DNA of 64,000 bases, from assembly GCA_001915025.1 (NCBI GenBank), contig MNDR01000010.1:948-64947 (forward strand), in the 5' to 3' direction. The stretch comes from Gemmatimonadetes bacterium 13_2_20CM_2_65_7 (lineage in GTDB: Bacteria; Gemmatimonadota; Gemmatimonadetes; Gemmatimonadales; GWC2-71-9). The notes beneath the pieces are model-generated. The model was not told the origin of the DNA. It saw only the letters and a program-made list of their open reading frames with translations, and did no database searches. Position numbers and translations under genes: made by a program. Below are positions 46,455 through 56,044 of the stretch, piece after piece. How positions within the stretch are numbered: the first letter of the stretch is position 1; each line of letters starts with the position of its first letter.

Positions 46455-48445
46455 ATCCGCTCCAGAATCACGGCTCCCGATGGATGTACGACGCCGCGCC
46501 ACCCTGGCTCGATCAATCCCGTGGCATCCGCACCAGCAAGAATCGCCGGCCCATTGAGATGACGTCCGTTGGACGACGGCATTTCGCCCAGTGGCCAGAC
46601 GTCCGCACGGACACGCTTCCCGTCGCGCGTCACGATCGCGCGTCGTCCGGGATTCGGCGTTGCCGTCCTGGTGGCACGACCGGGTGGCATTGCTCTCACC
46701 GGCCGTTCCGCCACCACCCGCACGTTGACCAGCTCAACCGGTTGCTCTGGATCGGCGTGCCCATGCCGCGCCTTGTGCGCGGAACGAAACGCGGCCGCAA
46801 GCAGCGCGGGATCGTCGCGCAGCACGGGCACCGTCACTTCGTAGCCTTGTCCCACGAAGCGGCAATCCGCAAAACGCGTCAGTATCGCGTCGGGCAGAGC
46901 CGTCCGCGCCGCCAGAACCAGCGGCTCAAACGCGTGGCTGATCGCCGTGGCGTCGAGCTCGGCGAGCCGCCGGTGCATCGATCCGAGCACATCAACACGC
47001 TCCGGCGCCGACGCCAGACCCATCGCGCTCAAGACGCCGGGATGTGGCGGAATAATCACGCGCGACATCCCCAACGCATCGGCAAGCGCGCAGCCGAAGA
47101 GCGGTCCCGCGCCGCCGAACGGCAACAGCGCCATGCCGCGCGGATCGATCCCTCGGGCCACACTCACGCGCTTCAACGCGCGCGCCATCACCGCGGTCGC
47201 GACCTGCACGATCCCAGTCGCGACGTCGCAGATGTCTCGTGAATGTCGGTCGCCCCCCCCTATCCCACGTGCGAGTGACGCCAGCGCCCGCTCCGCCGCG
47301 GCGCGGTCGAGGCGTACCGTGTCGGCAAGCGGATAGTCCGGATCGAGCCAACCTAGCGCGAGGCAGGCATCGGTGACGGTTGGCTCCGTCCCGCCGCGTC
47401 CGTAGCAGGCGGGCCCCGGCTCGGCGCCGGCGCTCCGCGGGCCCACCCGGAGCGCACCTCCCTCATCGACCGCGGCGATACTTCCACCGCCCGCGCTCAC
47501 GGTCTCGATCAGGATGGCGGGAAGCGCGAGTGGCACTCCACCAACCGCGTCGGCTCCTTCGGTCAGTGCGACGCCGCCCGTGACGAGGCTGGCGTCGGCG
47601 CTCGTGCCGCCCATATCGAGCGTCAGTAGGTCGCGCGCGTCGACAGCCTCACCGACCAGGCGCGCGCCGACGACGCCACCAGCCGGACCCGAGAGCGCGA
47701 GGCTCGCCGCGCGCCGCGTTGCCTGCTCCGGGTCGAGCGTTCCGCCACTCGACGTCATGATGCGAAGCGAATCGATGCGCTCACTCAGTGTGGCGATCTT
47801 CGCGATGTACTCACCCACAGCCGGTCGCAAATAAGCCTCGGCCGTCGTCGTGCTGGTCCGTTCGTATTCCCGGAAGACCGGCAGCACTTCATGGCTCGCG
47901 GCAACGGGAACATCGCCAAGGGCCGCGCGGAGGGCTGCGGCGAGCGACCGCTCATGCACGGGATGCCGAAACGAGAACAGCAACGAAATCGCGACGGCTT
48001 CGGGGGGGGGCGCCAGCGCGCGCACGGCATTGGTCACACGAGTCACTTCGGCAGTCGTGAGCGGCAGCACGGCTCCCTGGGGACCCATGCGCTCGCGCAC
48101 GCCGATCACGTCGACGCGCGCGACGAGAGGCGGTGGATGATCGCGCGCGAGATCGTAGAGGGCCGCCCGATCTTGTCGCCTAAGCCACAACAGGTCCTCA
48201 AAGCCCGCGGTCGTGACCAACACGACCCGAGCACCCCGCCGTTCGAGGAGCGCGTTCGTAGCGACCGTCGTGCCGTGTACTAACACATCGATAGTCTGAG
48301 AGCCTAAGGCCTCCAACGCCCGGAACAGTCCGAGGGAAGGATCCTGGGGTGTGCTGGCAACTTTGCGAAGCTCGATTGTACCGTCGGTTCGGACCGCGAC
48401 GAGATCGGTGAACGTACCGCCCACGTCCACACCGACGCGAATCAT
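46451..48445 (-). CDS. Hydantoinase A / 5-oxoprolinase ATP-binding subunit
   Basis: GVDVGGTFTD, HGTTVATNALLE, LSGPAGG, DMGGTS, GPRSAGAEPGPACYGRGG, FGGAGPL. Confidence 0.93.
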   Translation of the reverse strand: MIRVGVDVGGTFTDLVAVRTDGTIELRKVASTPQDPSLGLFRALEALGSQTIDVLVHGTTVATNALLERRGARVVLVTTAGFEDLLWLRRQDRAALYDLARDHPPPLVARVDVIGVRERMGPQGAVLPLTTAEVTRVTNAVRALAPPPEAVAISLLFSFRHPVHERSLAAALRAALGDVPVAASHEVLPVFREYERTSTTTAEAYLRPAVGEYIAKIATLSERIDSLRIMTSSGGTLDPEQATRRAASLALSGPAGGVVGARLVGEAVDARDLLTLDMGGTSADASLVTGGVALTEGADAVGGVPLALPAILIETVSAGGGSIAAVDEGGALRVGPRSAGAEPGPACYGRGGTEPTVTDACLALGWLDPDYPLADTVRLDRAAAERALASLARGIGGGDRHSRDICDVATGIVQVATAVMARALKRVSVARGIDPRGMALLPFGGAGPLFGCALADALGMSRVIIPPHPGVLSAMGLASAPERVDVLGSMHRRLAELDATAISHAFEPLVLAARTALPDAILTRFADCRFVGQGYEVTVPVLRDDPALLAAAFRSAHKARHGHADPEQPVELVNVRVVAERPVRAMPPGRATRTATPNPGRRAIVTRDGKRVRADVWPLGEMPSSNGRHLNGPAILAGADATGLIEPGWRGVVHPSGAVILERI

Positions 48446-49983
48446 GGTTGGAAGCGACGCTTCACGAGCAACGCGATACCACCGAGCGTGAGGACGACGA
48501 CCAGTTTGCCCACCCAGTCGCCCAGACGGACGTACAGCGGAATGACATCGCTCGTGCGCAACACGCCGGCGACATACACGGCCTCATTGAGTTTTGTGGC
48601 AGCATACGATCGACCGAGCGGGTCGACGAATTCCGAGATGCCGGAATTGGCCGCGCGGGCCACGCCCATGCGCGTCTCGATAGTACGGAGCACCAAGTGC
48701 GAGGCGTGCTGGGCCGGCGCGCTGGTGTTGCCGAACCATGCATCGTTGGTCACGTTGACGAAGAAGTCCGCTCCATGCGCGCGATATCCGCGCGCTGCGT
48801 CTTCGAACGCCGACTCATAGCAGATGACTACGCCGAATTTGCCGACGGGCGATGTGTAGATCGGCAACTCTCTTCCCGGCCGGAATCCGCCCGACCAACG
48901 CGCCAATCCCGGAATCGCCCTGAATAGACTCACAGGAACGAACGGGACGCGTTCGGTCACCGGCACGAGGTAGTGTTTGGCGTAGATCGGGTAACGGCCC
49001 CGGTCTCCAGTCGAATCATAGAAGAAGGTCGCGTTGTAGATACGGTAACCACCACCGATCTCCGGTTCAGCGTTGAGACCGCCGGTCAAGAGAGGAACGT
49101 GGTTTTCCCGGACGAACGCGGCAATTTGTGCATCCCATTGCGGGTGATCGACGAAGAATCCGGGAATCGCCGCCTCCGGCCAGATCAGTAGCTGCGGCCG
49201 TGGAGGCCGCGCCATCAATCCACGCGACAACGAAAAGAGCGCGTTCATCGCACTGTCAGCGTGCGCGGGATTCCATTTCTCACTGAACCCCTCGTTCGGC
49301 TGCACCATCGCTACCACGCCGACGTCGCGAACGGGCAACGTCTTCACTCGCCACACACCGTAGCCAAACGCCAGCAGCACCGTCACCAAGACGGTTGCAA
49401 GCCGACGCACGACGAACGACGCACCACGCACGTCAGTCGCGGCCTCGGCGATCATCACATTGCACCACGCGATCCACAGCGTGACCCCGCGTGCGCCCGC
49501 GATGTCCGCCCACTGCACCAGGACAGGCGCGTCAGCCACCGATGTGCCAAGACCCAGCCACGGAAACCGAACGTCGCCGAGATGGCCGACCAACCACTCG
49601 AGCGTAGTCCACGCGACCGGGAGAACGACCCACAACGGCACTCGTGGCGCCGCCAGGCACACCCGCACGACAAACCAAAACATGGCTGCCGTGAGCAGTC
49701 CCAGCACAGCAATCGTCGCGAAGTACCCGAGCGCGGACAGCGGCGTGAAGTGCCATAAGGCGACCACCATCCAGTAGAGCACGAACGCATTGGTGACCAA
49801 TCCGTACCACCAGCCCCAGCGGAACGCCTGGCGGGCGTCATTATCCAGCACCGCCTGTCGAATCAGGAGAACGGCGGGGGTGATCGCGAAGAAACTGAGG
49901 GGAGGAAGCGGAAAGGGCGGATAACTGGCGGTGAGGGCGATCGCTCCCACCAGGACGAGCAGTACCACACGACGGCGGCTCAC
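48442..49983 (-). CDS. lnt: Apolipoprotein N-acyltransferase
   Basis: TM domain, FPWLGLG, WPEAA, YAKHYLVP..E, ICYES, TNDAWFG, RAANSGIS. Confidence 0.95.
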   Translation of the reverse strand: MSRRRVVLLVLVGAIALTASYPPFPLPPLSFFAITPAVLLIRQAVLDNDARQAFRWGWWYGLVTNAFVLYWMVVALWHFTPLSALGYFATIAVLGLLTAAMFWFVVRVCLAAPRVPLWVVLPVAWTTLEWLVGHLGDVRFPWLGLGTSVADAPVLVQWADIAGARGVTLWIAWCNVMIAEAATDVRGASFVVRRLATVLVTVLLAFGYGVWRVKTLPVRDVGVVAMVQPNEGFSEKWNPAHADSAMNALFSLSRGLMARPPRPQLLIWPEAAIPGFFVDHPQWDAQIAAFVRENHVPLLTGGLNAEPEIGGGYRIYNATFFYDSTGDRGRYPIYAKHYLVPVTERVPFVPVSLFRAIPGLARWSGGFRPGRELPIYTSPVGKFGVVICYESAFEDAARGYRAHGADFFVNVTNDAWFGNTSAPAQHASHLVLRTIETRMGVARAANSGISEFVDPLGRSYAATKLNEAVYVAGVLRTSDVIPLYVRLGDWVGKLVVVLTLGGIALLVKRRFQP

Positions 49984-50987
49984 AACAAGACGTCGCGCCC
50001 TTCGTCCGCCGAGCGGTAGATCGCATCGAACACGCGCTGGAGCGCGAGCTGATCGCGCGGCGGAGGCGCGTTGACGTCACCCTTGATGACCGCCAACAAA
50101 TACATCCATTCCGCGCGGTAGGATTGGATGAACTGGGTTTCGCGACCGGTCGCGCCGGTCGGGGTGACGTCGAGGGCGGCACCGTGCTGCTCGCGAAAGA
50201 TGCGCAGCGGCTGAATCATCGCCGATCCTTTGACGCCGACGATGTCGAACCAGAAGCGCTCCCCCTCGCCGAGATGGCGCCAGCTGACGTCGACCGTGAG
50301 TGATACGCCGTTCTCCAGCACGATCAGGGCCGAGCCCATGTCTTCGACGCCATCTTTCCCGCTGCGGCTCAGATGCGCCGAGATCCGCTTGGGCGCGGGC
50401 CAGCCGGCGAGCCACAAACCCAGGTCGATCAGCGGGAGGCCGAGGTCGAGCATCGCGCCGCCACCCGCTTCTTCTCGCCGCAGTCTCCAGCCCAACATCT
50501 GTCTGCTCGGCTGGAAGGTGTACCAGCCACCGCGCACCGCCTGCAAGGCGCCCAGGTCTCCACCCGCGAGGAACCCGCGCACCGCCTGCACGTCGGATCG
50601 AAACCGGTGATTCATTCCGACCATCACGCGCTTCCCGTAGCGCTCGCTTGCCGCGAGGACCCGCTCAACGCCTGCCAGATTCAGCGCAAGCGGCCGTTCG
50701 CACAGGACGTGCGCGCCGGCGGCGAGAGCGGAGGTCGCGTGAATCTCGTGCAGATGGTTCGGCGTGCAGATCACGACGACGTCGACGTGGCCGTAGCGCA
50801 GCACTTCCTCGATGTCGTCGTAGGTGTCCTTCACCTCGAAACGCGCCGCGAGCGCCTGCGCCTTCCCCAGGTCGTTGTCGCAGATGGCGGCCACTTCGAC
50901 ACCGGGCAACCGTCGCAACACCGGCAGGTGTGCCACCTGCGCGATCCCGCCTGCGCCAATCACGCCCACGCGGATGGGATCGTTCAC
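49980..50987 (-). CDS. Gfo/Idh/MocA family oxidoreductase
   Basis: IRVGVIGAGGIA, CTPNHLH, HVLCERP, GGGAMLDLG; GTG 50987 in a GTGA overlap. Confidence 0.9.
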   Translation of the reverse strand: MNDPIRVGVIGAGGIAQVAHLPVLRRLPGVEVAAICDNDLGKAQALAARFEVKDTYDDIEEVLRYGHVDVVVICTPNHLHEIHATSALAAGAHVLCERPLALNLAGVERVLAASERYGKRVMVGMNHRFRSDVQAVRGFLAGGDLGALQAVRGGWYTFQPSRQMLGWRLRREEAGGGAMLDLGLPLIDLGLWLAGWPAPKRISAHLSRSGKDGVEDMGSALIVLENGVSLTVDVSWRHLGEGERFWFDIVGVKGSAMIQPLRIFREQHGAALDVTPTGATGRETQFIQSYRAEWMYLLAVIKGDVNAPPPRDQLALQRVFDAIYRSADEGRDVLL

Positions 50988-51673
50988 TTCTTGCCTGCTC
51001 CCTGCTCCCTGCTCCCGCGTAACCTGTACATCAACCCGGTCCTGAGACTGACGGTGTTCAGTCCGCTCGACACCGTGCCGCGACCATCCACCGTCAACCG
51101 CCACGCAGGCGAGAGCCGAAATTCGGCGCCCATGCTGCCGTTCAGGCCTGCCGTAATGACGTCGAGCGCATCTTCGACGAACGTCCCTTTGATTGCGGCA
51201 CCGCTGCCGTTGCGCACGTGAATGCCCACGCCGGCGCCGAGGTAGACGGTGGCGCTCTGTCCCTGCGGGAAAACGAACTGGAAGTCGACGTCGCCGATCA
51301 CGTCGCTGAGAGAAATCCGCCCCACGCGGATCGTGTCGTCTCTCGAGGGATCGATAACGATGCTCTTGAGGCGTTGCACGAAGCGCGCGCGCGCCTGGTC
51401 ACTGAACTCCGAGCGGAAGTAGGAAAGTCCGACCAGGACCCGCACCTTTGGCGCGATCAGGCCGTAATCCACGCGTACGCCGCCCGCGAGCGCGCCGGTC
51501 AAGTTCGACGCACCCAACAGACCGACGTCCGCCTGAATCCCGGAGAAGCGGAGATTGTCGTAGGAGAACTGGTTGAGGACGCCTTGAGCGGCTAGGCGGT
51601 TTGGCGGTTCGGCGGTTAGCAGAAGCGCGAGAATCGCGGCAGGTCGAACCGCCCAACCTCTCAACTGCCACAT
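50984..51673 (-). CDS. Hypothetical small outer-membrane beta-barrel protein
   Basis: Signal peptide and alternating beta-strand pattern (VYLGAGVG, GAEFRL, RTGLMY). Confidence 0.6.
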   Translation of the reverse strand: MWQLRGWAVRPAAILALLLTAEPPNRLAAQGVLNQFSYDNLRFSGIQADVGLLGASNLTGALAGGVRVDYGLIAPKVRVLVGLSYFRSEFSDQARARFVQRLKSIVIDPSRDDTIRVGRISLSDVIGDVDFQFVFPQGQSATVYLGAGVGIHVRNGSGAAIKGTFVEDALDVITAGLNGSMGAEFRLSPAWRLTVDGRGTVSSGLNTVSLRTGLMYRLRGSREQGAGKK

Positions 51674-51677
51674 CGCC

Positions 51678-52940
51678 CTAGTAGAGCTTTTCAATCTTCG
51701 TCCCCGGAAAGTAAGTGGTGAGTATCGTCCGATAGTCCTGGCCCGCGCGCGCGCGACCGATGGCGCCCCATTGGCACATGCCGACCGCGTGGCCGGCGCC
51801 GGCGCCCGCGGCGACCAGCCGCGCCACCTGACCATCCGCTTTTGTCACCGTCAATTGAAAGGCGCCGCTGGAGAGAACGCGATCGACGTCGGGACGCAGC
51901 ACCGCCCGCACGTCGGGTCCTGGGATGCGTACGTCGCCGCGCTCGAATACGATTCGCAGTTCCCCCACTCGTCCAGACTTGGTCGTGCGGCTCACGGTCA
52001 CATCGGTGATGCGTTGCAGCCCGTCACCGGAGATCGGCGTGTATGTGGAAAGCGTTCGCGACAATATAGTGCGCAGCTTCGAGCCATCCCATTCTTCGCG
52101 CCACCGAAACCGCGGTGAGATGTCACAGTAGTAGTGACCAGCGCCGCTTTCATCCGAGACCGGCCGCAAGTAAGGCCGGGTGCGCGCGGTCGCAAACGCC
52201 TCCTCGACTCCGGCCGTGTTGAAGCCGCACGTCGAGTGGAAGTACGCGTCGATCACGTCGCCGTCGTACGTCAGGACCTGCCCGGTCGTCCTCCGAACGG
52301 CATCCCAGACCTGGGGAGTTTCGACCGCGACACCGAGGTACACCTGGTCGCGCGTGTCGGCATAGGCGTCGAAGCCGAGCGCCTCCCAACGTCCCCGATT
52401 TTTCAACGCGAAGCTGCGAGACACGACCGCCTGCGCGAGAACCGCCGCTTCTTCATCGGAGTGACGTGGTCCGATCTCCGGACCGACGACACCGGCGAGG
52501 TAACTCTCGAGGCCGACCCGATTCACGACTGTGAGACCGCCGGGGCCCGCGGTCACGTTGATGCGGCCACGGTAGCGCCGGCCGTTGGCGATCACGAACC
52601 GGTTCTCGGTGACGTTCACGACCGCGATCCCGCGCAACAACGCGCTGCGAGTCGAGTCCGGCTTGATCAGACGGAAGCGCGACGGGTCGGCTGAATCGGG
52701 AATGCTCACCCAACGAACGCCGGTAGGAATCGACCCGATGGCCGCGCCGGTCATGTCGCTTACGAACAACTCGCCGCTCTCTGCTCCACCGATCGATGCG
52801 GTAGGCGCGTCGACGGACAGCCCGATGCGCAGCTCAGGCTCGCTGGGGGCACTGGGCTGCGGCCGGCTCGGCCGCGAGGGGCAACCCGTGGCCGCGAGGA
52901 TCGCGGCGCTAGTGAGCGCGCGCTTCGCCCAACGCCGCAT
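51678..52940 (-). CDS. SpoIID/LytB-domain lytic transglycosylase-like lipoprotein
   Basis: YRG.I, VNRVGLESYLAGVV..E, AQAVVSRSFA, DQVY.G, FHSTCG, GHAVGMCQWGA; lipobox ATGC. Confidence 0.92.
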   Translation of the reverse strand: MRRWAKRALTSAAILAATGCPSRPSRPQPSAPSEPELRIGLSVDAPTASIGGAESGELFVSDMTGAAIGSIPTGVRWVSIPDSADPSRFRLIKPDSTRSALLRGIAVVNVTENRFVIANGRRYRGRINVTAGPGGLTVVNRVGLESYLAGVVGPEIGPRHSDEEAAVLAQAVVSRSFALKNRGRWEALGFDAYADTRDQVYLGVAVETPQVWDAVRRTTGQVLTYDGDVIDAYFHSTCGFNTAGVEEAFATARTRPYLRPVSDESGAGHYYCDISPRFRWREEWDGSKLRTILSRTLSTYTPISGDGLQRITDVTVSRTTKSGRVGELRIVFERGDVRIPGPDVRAVLRPDVDRVLSSGAFQLTVTKADGQVARLVAAGAGAGHAVGMCQWGAIGRARAGQDYRTILTTYFPGTKIEKLY

Positions 52941-54201
52941 CCAGCTCCTGGATCGTGAAATCGATATCAGCCTCCGAGTGCGCGCTTGAGACGAAACCCG
53001 CTTCGAACGCGGATGGCGCGAGAAACACACCGCGCGTGAGCGCCGCTTTGTGCCACCGCGCGAACAGGGCGGTATCGGATCGCTTCGCGTCGGCGTAATT
53101 CCGAACGGGGCCCTCCACGAGGTACATGCCCCACATCGAGCCCGCATGGCCGGCGGTCATCGGAACGCCGTGCCGGCGCGCGGCTTCCTGCAATCCGTCG
53201 AGAAGACGCGCCGTGCGTCGCTCGAGTTGATCGTAAAAGCCGGGAGCCTCGGTCTCCCGCAACGTCGCTAACCCAGCGGCCATCGCGATCGGATTGCCCG
53301 ACAGTGTGCCCGCCTGATAGACGGGGCCGTCCGGAGCGATACGACGCATCAAGTCGGCGCGCCCGCCGTACACGCCGACCGGAAAGCCACCGCCGACGAT
53401 CTTGCCCAGCGTGGTGAGGTCGGGAACGATACCGAGCCGCTCCTGCGCACCGCCCGCGGCGACACGGAAACCGGTCATGACTTCGTCGAAGATCAGGAGC
53501 GCGCCGTGGTCATCGCACAGAGCGCGGAGTGCCGGGTGAAAGTCGGCGTCCGGCGGAATGAACCCGGCGTTGCCGACATACGGCTCCACAATTACCGCGG
53601 CGATGCGCTTGGCGTGTTTGCGAAACAGCTCGGCGACGGCCGTCGCGTCGTTGAACGGCGCCGTCAACGTCAGACTCGCCAACGCGGCCGGCACGCCGGG
53701 ACTGTCCGGCAACCCCAGCGTCGCCACGCCGGAGCCGGCCTTCACGAGGAATCCATCGGCATGACCGTGGTAACATCCTTCGAACTTGACGATCAGATCG
53801 CGATCAGTGGCGGCACGTGCGAGGCGCACGGCCGCCATGGTGGCTTCCGTGCCGCTGTTCACGAAGCGCATGACCTCGAGCGACGGCATCCGCCCCCGCA
53901 CTTCCTCCGCCAGCTCGACTTCCGCTGGACAAGGCGCCCCATAGGTCCAACCGTGCTCAGCGGCGACGTGGATCGCCGCAAGCACGGCCGGGTGCGCGTG
54001 CCCGAGGATCAGGGCGCCCCACGAGCAGACGTAGTCGACATACTCCCGGCCGTCGACATCGACGAGACTGGAGCCGTGCCCCCGCGCGACAAAAAAAGGC
54101 GTCCCGCCGACTGCCCGGAACGCCCGTACGGGTGAATTCACGCCACCGGGCAACACCCGCTTCGCCCGGTCGAAGAGCTCGCTCGATCGCCCCCCCTTCA
54201 C
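52909..54201 (-). CDS. hemL: Glutamate-1-semialdehyde 2,1-aminomutase
   Basis: PGGVNSPVRAF, NSGTEATM, GCYHGH, FDEVMTGFR, GKIVGGG, YQAGTLSGNP. Confidence 0.98.
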   Translation of the reverse strand: MKGGRSSELFDRAKRVLPGGVNSPVRAFRAVGGTPFFVARGHGSSLVDVDGREYVDYVCSWGALILGHAHPAVLAAIHVAAEHGWTYGAPCPAEVELAEEVRGRMPSLEVMRFVNSGTEATMAAVRLARAATDRDLIVKFEGCYHGHADGFLVKAGSGVATLGLPDSPGVPAALASLTLTAPFNDATAVAELFRKHAKRIAAVIVEPYVGNAGFIPPDADFHPALRALCDDHGALLIFDEVMTGFRVAAGGAQERLGIVPDLTTLGKIVGGGFPVGVYGGRADLMRRIAPDGPVYQAGTLSGNPIAMAAGLATLRETEAPGFYDQLERRTARLLDGLQEAARRHGVPMTAGHAGSMWGMYLVEGPVRNYADAKRSDTALFARWHKAALTRGVFLAPSAFEAGFVSSAHSEADIDFTIQELDAALGEARAH

Positions 54202-55517
54202 GTCAGCGCGGCCGCCTGGAAATCGTAGTCCTCGCTCGCCGTGATCCGGGCGCGGACGAATCCTCCCGGGGATTCCCAGCCTCCCTGCGAGAGGTATGTC
54301 ACGCCGTCCACGTCGTCCGCCTGCCACTGCACGCGCCCCACGTGCGTCGCGCCATTCTCATCGGGATCGCTGACACGGTCGACGAGCACGTCCACCTCGC
54401 GCCCGACAAAGCGGGATAGCTGCTCACCGGAGATCACGCGCTGGATTTCGACGATTTCTTCGAGCCGCTCGCGTTTGACGGCGTCCGGCACGTCGTCCTC
54501 GTAGTTGGCCGCTCTCGTACCTTCTTGAGGAGAGTAGGCGAACGCGCCCATGCGATCGAATTGCGCCTCCTCGAGAAATGCCACCAGGGTGCGGAAATCT
54601 GCTTCGGTTTCTCCGGGAAACCCGACAAGGCAGGTCGTCCGAATGGCGAGGTCCGGAATCGTGCCGCGCAGCCAGGCAAGTTTCTCGCGCAACGTGCGCA
54701 TGCGTTCCGGACGTCGCATGCGCTCCAGCATGCGGTCGCTGGCATGCTGGATCGGCATGTCGATGTAGGGGACGATGCGCGATTCGCGAGCCATCAACTC
54801 GACCAGGCGCTCGCTGATTCCCGCCGAGTACACGTAGAGGAGCCGGAACCACGGCACGGAGGTCTCGCGGAGCAGCGTCCCTAGCAAATCGGGCAGCTTG
54901 GGACTGCCCAGACCAAGATCGCGGCCCCAGTGACCGAGGTCCTGGGCGACGAGGTTGATCTCCTTCGCGCCCTGAGCCTCGAGCTGTTGCGCTTCGCGCA
55001 CGAGACCGGCGAGTGACTCCGAGCGGTGCTTACCACGCATCAACGGAATGGCGCAGAACGCGCACGTGTGGTCGCAGCCTTCCGAGATCTTCAAGTAGCG
55101 CACGTGCGACTGCGTGCCGAGGAACTGCCGCACCCCCGGATGGCCGGCGACCGGATCGGCGATCAGGCCGCGCTGCGCGAGCTCCGGGATGAGATGGTGC
55201 AGCTCGGAGAATCCGAGGAACAGATCGACTTCGGGAATCTCCTTCGTGAGCTCCTGCTTGTAGCGCTGGACCAGACATCCGACGGCCACGACGGCCTTGA
55301 CGCCCCCCCCGCTCTCTTTCAGTTTCGCCGCGGCCAGGATGGCATCGATGGACTCCTGCTTGGCGGCGTCGATGAAGCCACACGTGTTCACCAGGATGAC
55401 GTCAGCCTCTGGCAGCACAGGCGTCACCACGGCGCCGTGGCCGACCAGATCGCCGACGAGCCGCTCGGAGTCCACGGTCGCCTTGTCGCAACCGAGGGAG
55501 ATGACGCCGAGCTTCAT
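54198..55517 (-). CDS. rimO: Ribosomal protein S12 methylthiotransferase
   Basis: SLGCDK..VDSE, NTCGFI, YLKISEGCDHTCAFC, VGFPGET, C-terminal TRAM domain. Confidence 0.95.
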   Translation of the reverse strand: MKLGVISLGCDKATVDSERLVGDLVGHGAVVTPVLPEADVILVNTCGFIDAAKQESIDAILAAAKLKESGGGVKAVVAVGCLVQRYKQELTKEIPEVDLFLGFSELHHLIPELAQRGLIADPVAGHPGVRQFLGTQSHVRYLKISEGCDHTCAFCAIPLMRGKHRSESLAGLVREAQQLEAQGAKEINLVAQDLGHWGRDLGLGSPKLPDLLGTLLRETSVPWFRLLYVYSAGISERLVELMARESRIVPYIDMPIQHASDRMLERMRRPERMRTLREKLAWLRGTIPDLAIRTTCLVGFPGETEADFRTLVAFLEEAQFDRMGAFAYSPQEGTRAANYEDDVPDAVKRERLEEIVEIQRVISGEQLSRFVGREVDVLVDRVSDPDENGATHVGRVQWQADDVDGVTYLSQGGWESPGGFVRARITASEDYDFQAAALT

Positions 55518-56017
55518 CCGCGATAGTTCCCGAATTTGAGCTCGATGCCGAAATCCTGAGCGCGTAAGAATGCGATGACTTCTTGTAGCTCGTCTTTCGA
55601 CGGCGCTTGCACGCGAATTTCTTCGCCCTGAATCGACGCTTGGGCTTTCTTGAATTTCTTGTCCTTGATCGCCTTGACGATGGCTTTGGCTTTCTCCTGC
55701 GGGATGCCCTGCGTCAGTTTGATCTCGCGGCGCACGGTGTCGTTCGCCGCCGGCATGATCGCGCCGAGCTCCATGTTTTTTACGGGGACGCCGCGCTTGA
55801 TCATCTTCGACTGCAGCACATCAAACAGTGCTTTCATCTTGAAGTCATCGTCGGCGACCAGCGTGAGCGTCGCCTTGGGACGATCGAACGCGATCGACGC
55901 CTTCGAACCTTTGAAGTCGTAGCGCTGAATGATTTCTTTCTGAGCCTGATTGACGGCGTTGTCGACCTCTTGCAGGTCGGCGCCGGTCGAGATGTCGAAG
56001 GAAGCTTGGCTGGCCAT
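55514..56017 (-). CDS. yajQ: YajQ family nucleotide-binding protein
   Basis: SFDI, EVDNAVNQA.KEI.QRYDFKG, QASIQG, F.NYR. Confidence 0.96.
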   Translation of the reverse strand: MASQASFDISTGADLQEVDNAVNQAQKEIIQRYDFKGSKASIAFDRPKATLTLVADDDFKMKALFDVLQSKMIKRGVPVKNMELGAIMPAANDTVRREIKLTQGIPQEKAKAIVKAIKDKKFKKAQASIQGEEIRVQAPSKDELQEVIAFLRAQDFGIELKFGNYRG

Positions 56018-56044
56018 AGGGCGGGTAATCTACCCGCCCCCAGG

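Noticed and set aside
15509..48010. Poly-G tracts (15509-15518, 25662-25671, 48002-48010) as phase-variation switches
   Set aside because: All keep the frame and encode Pro/Gly runs, one in the housekeeping gene smc; there is no evidence of switching from a single sequence.
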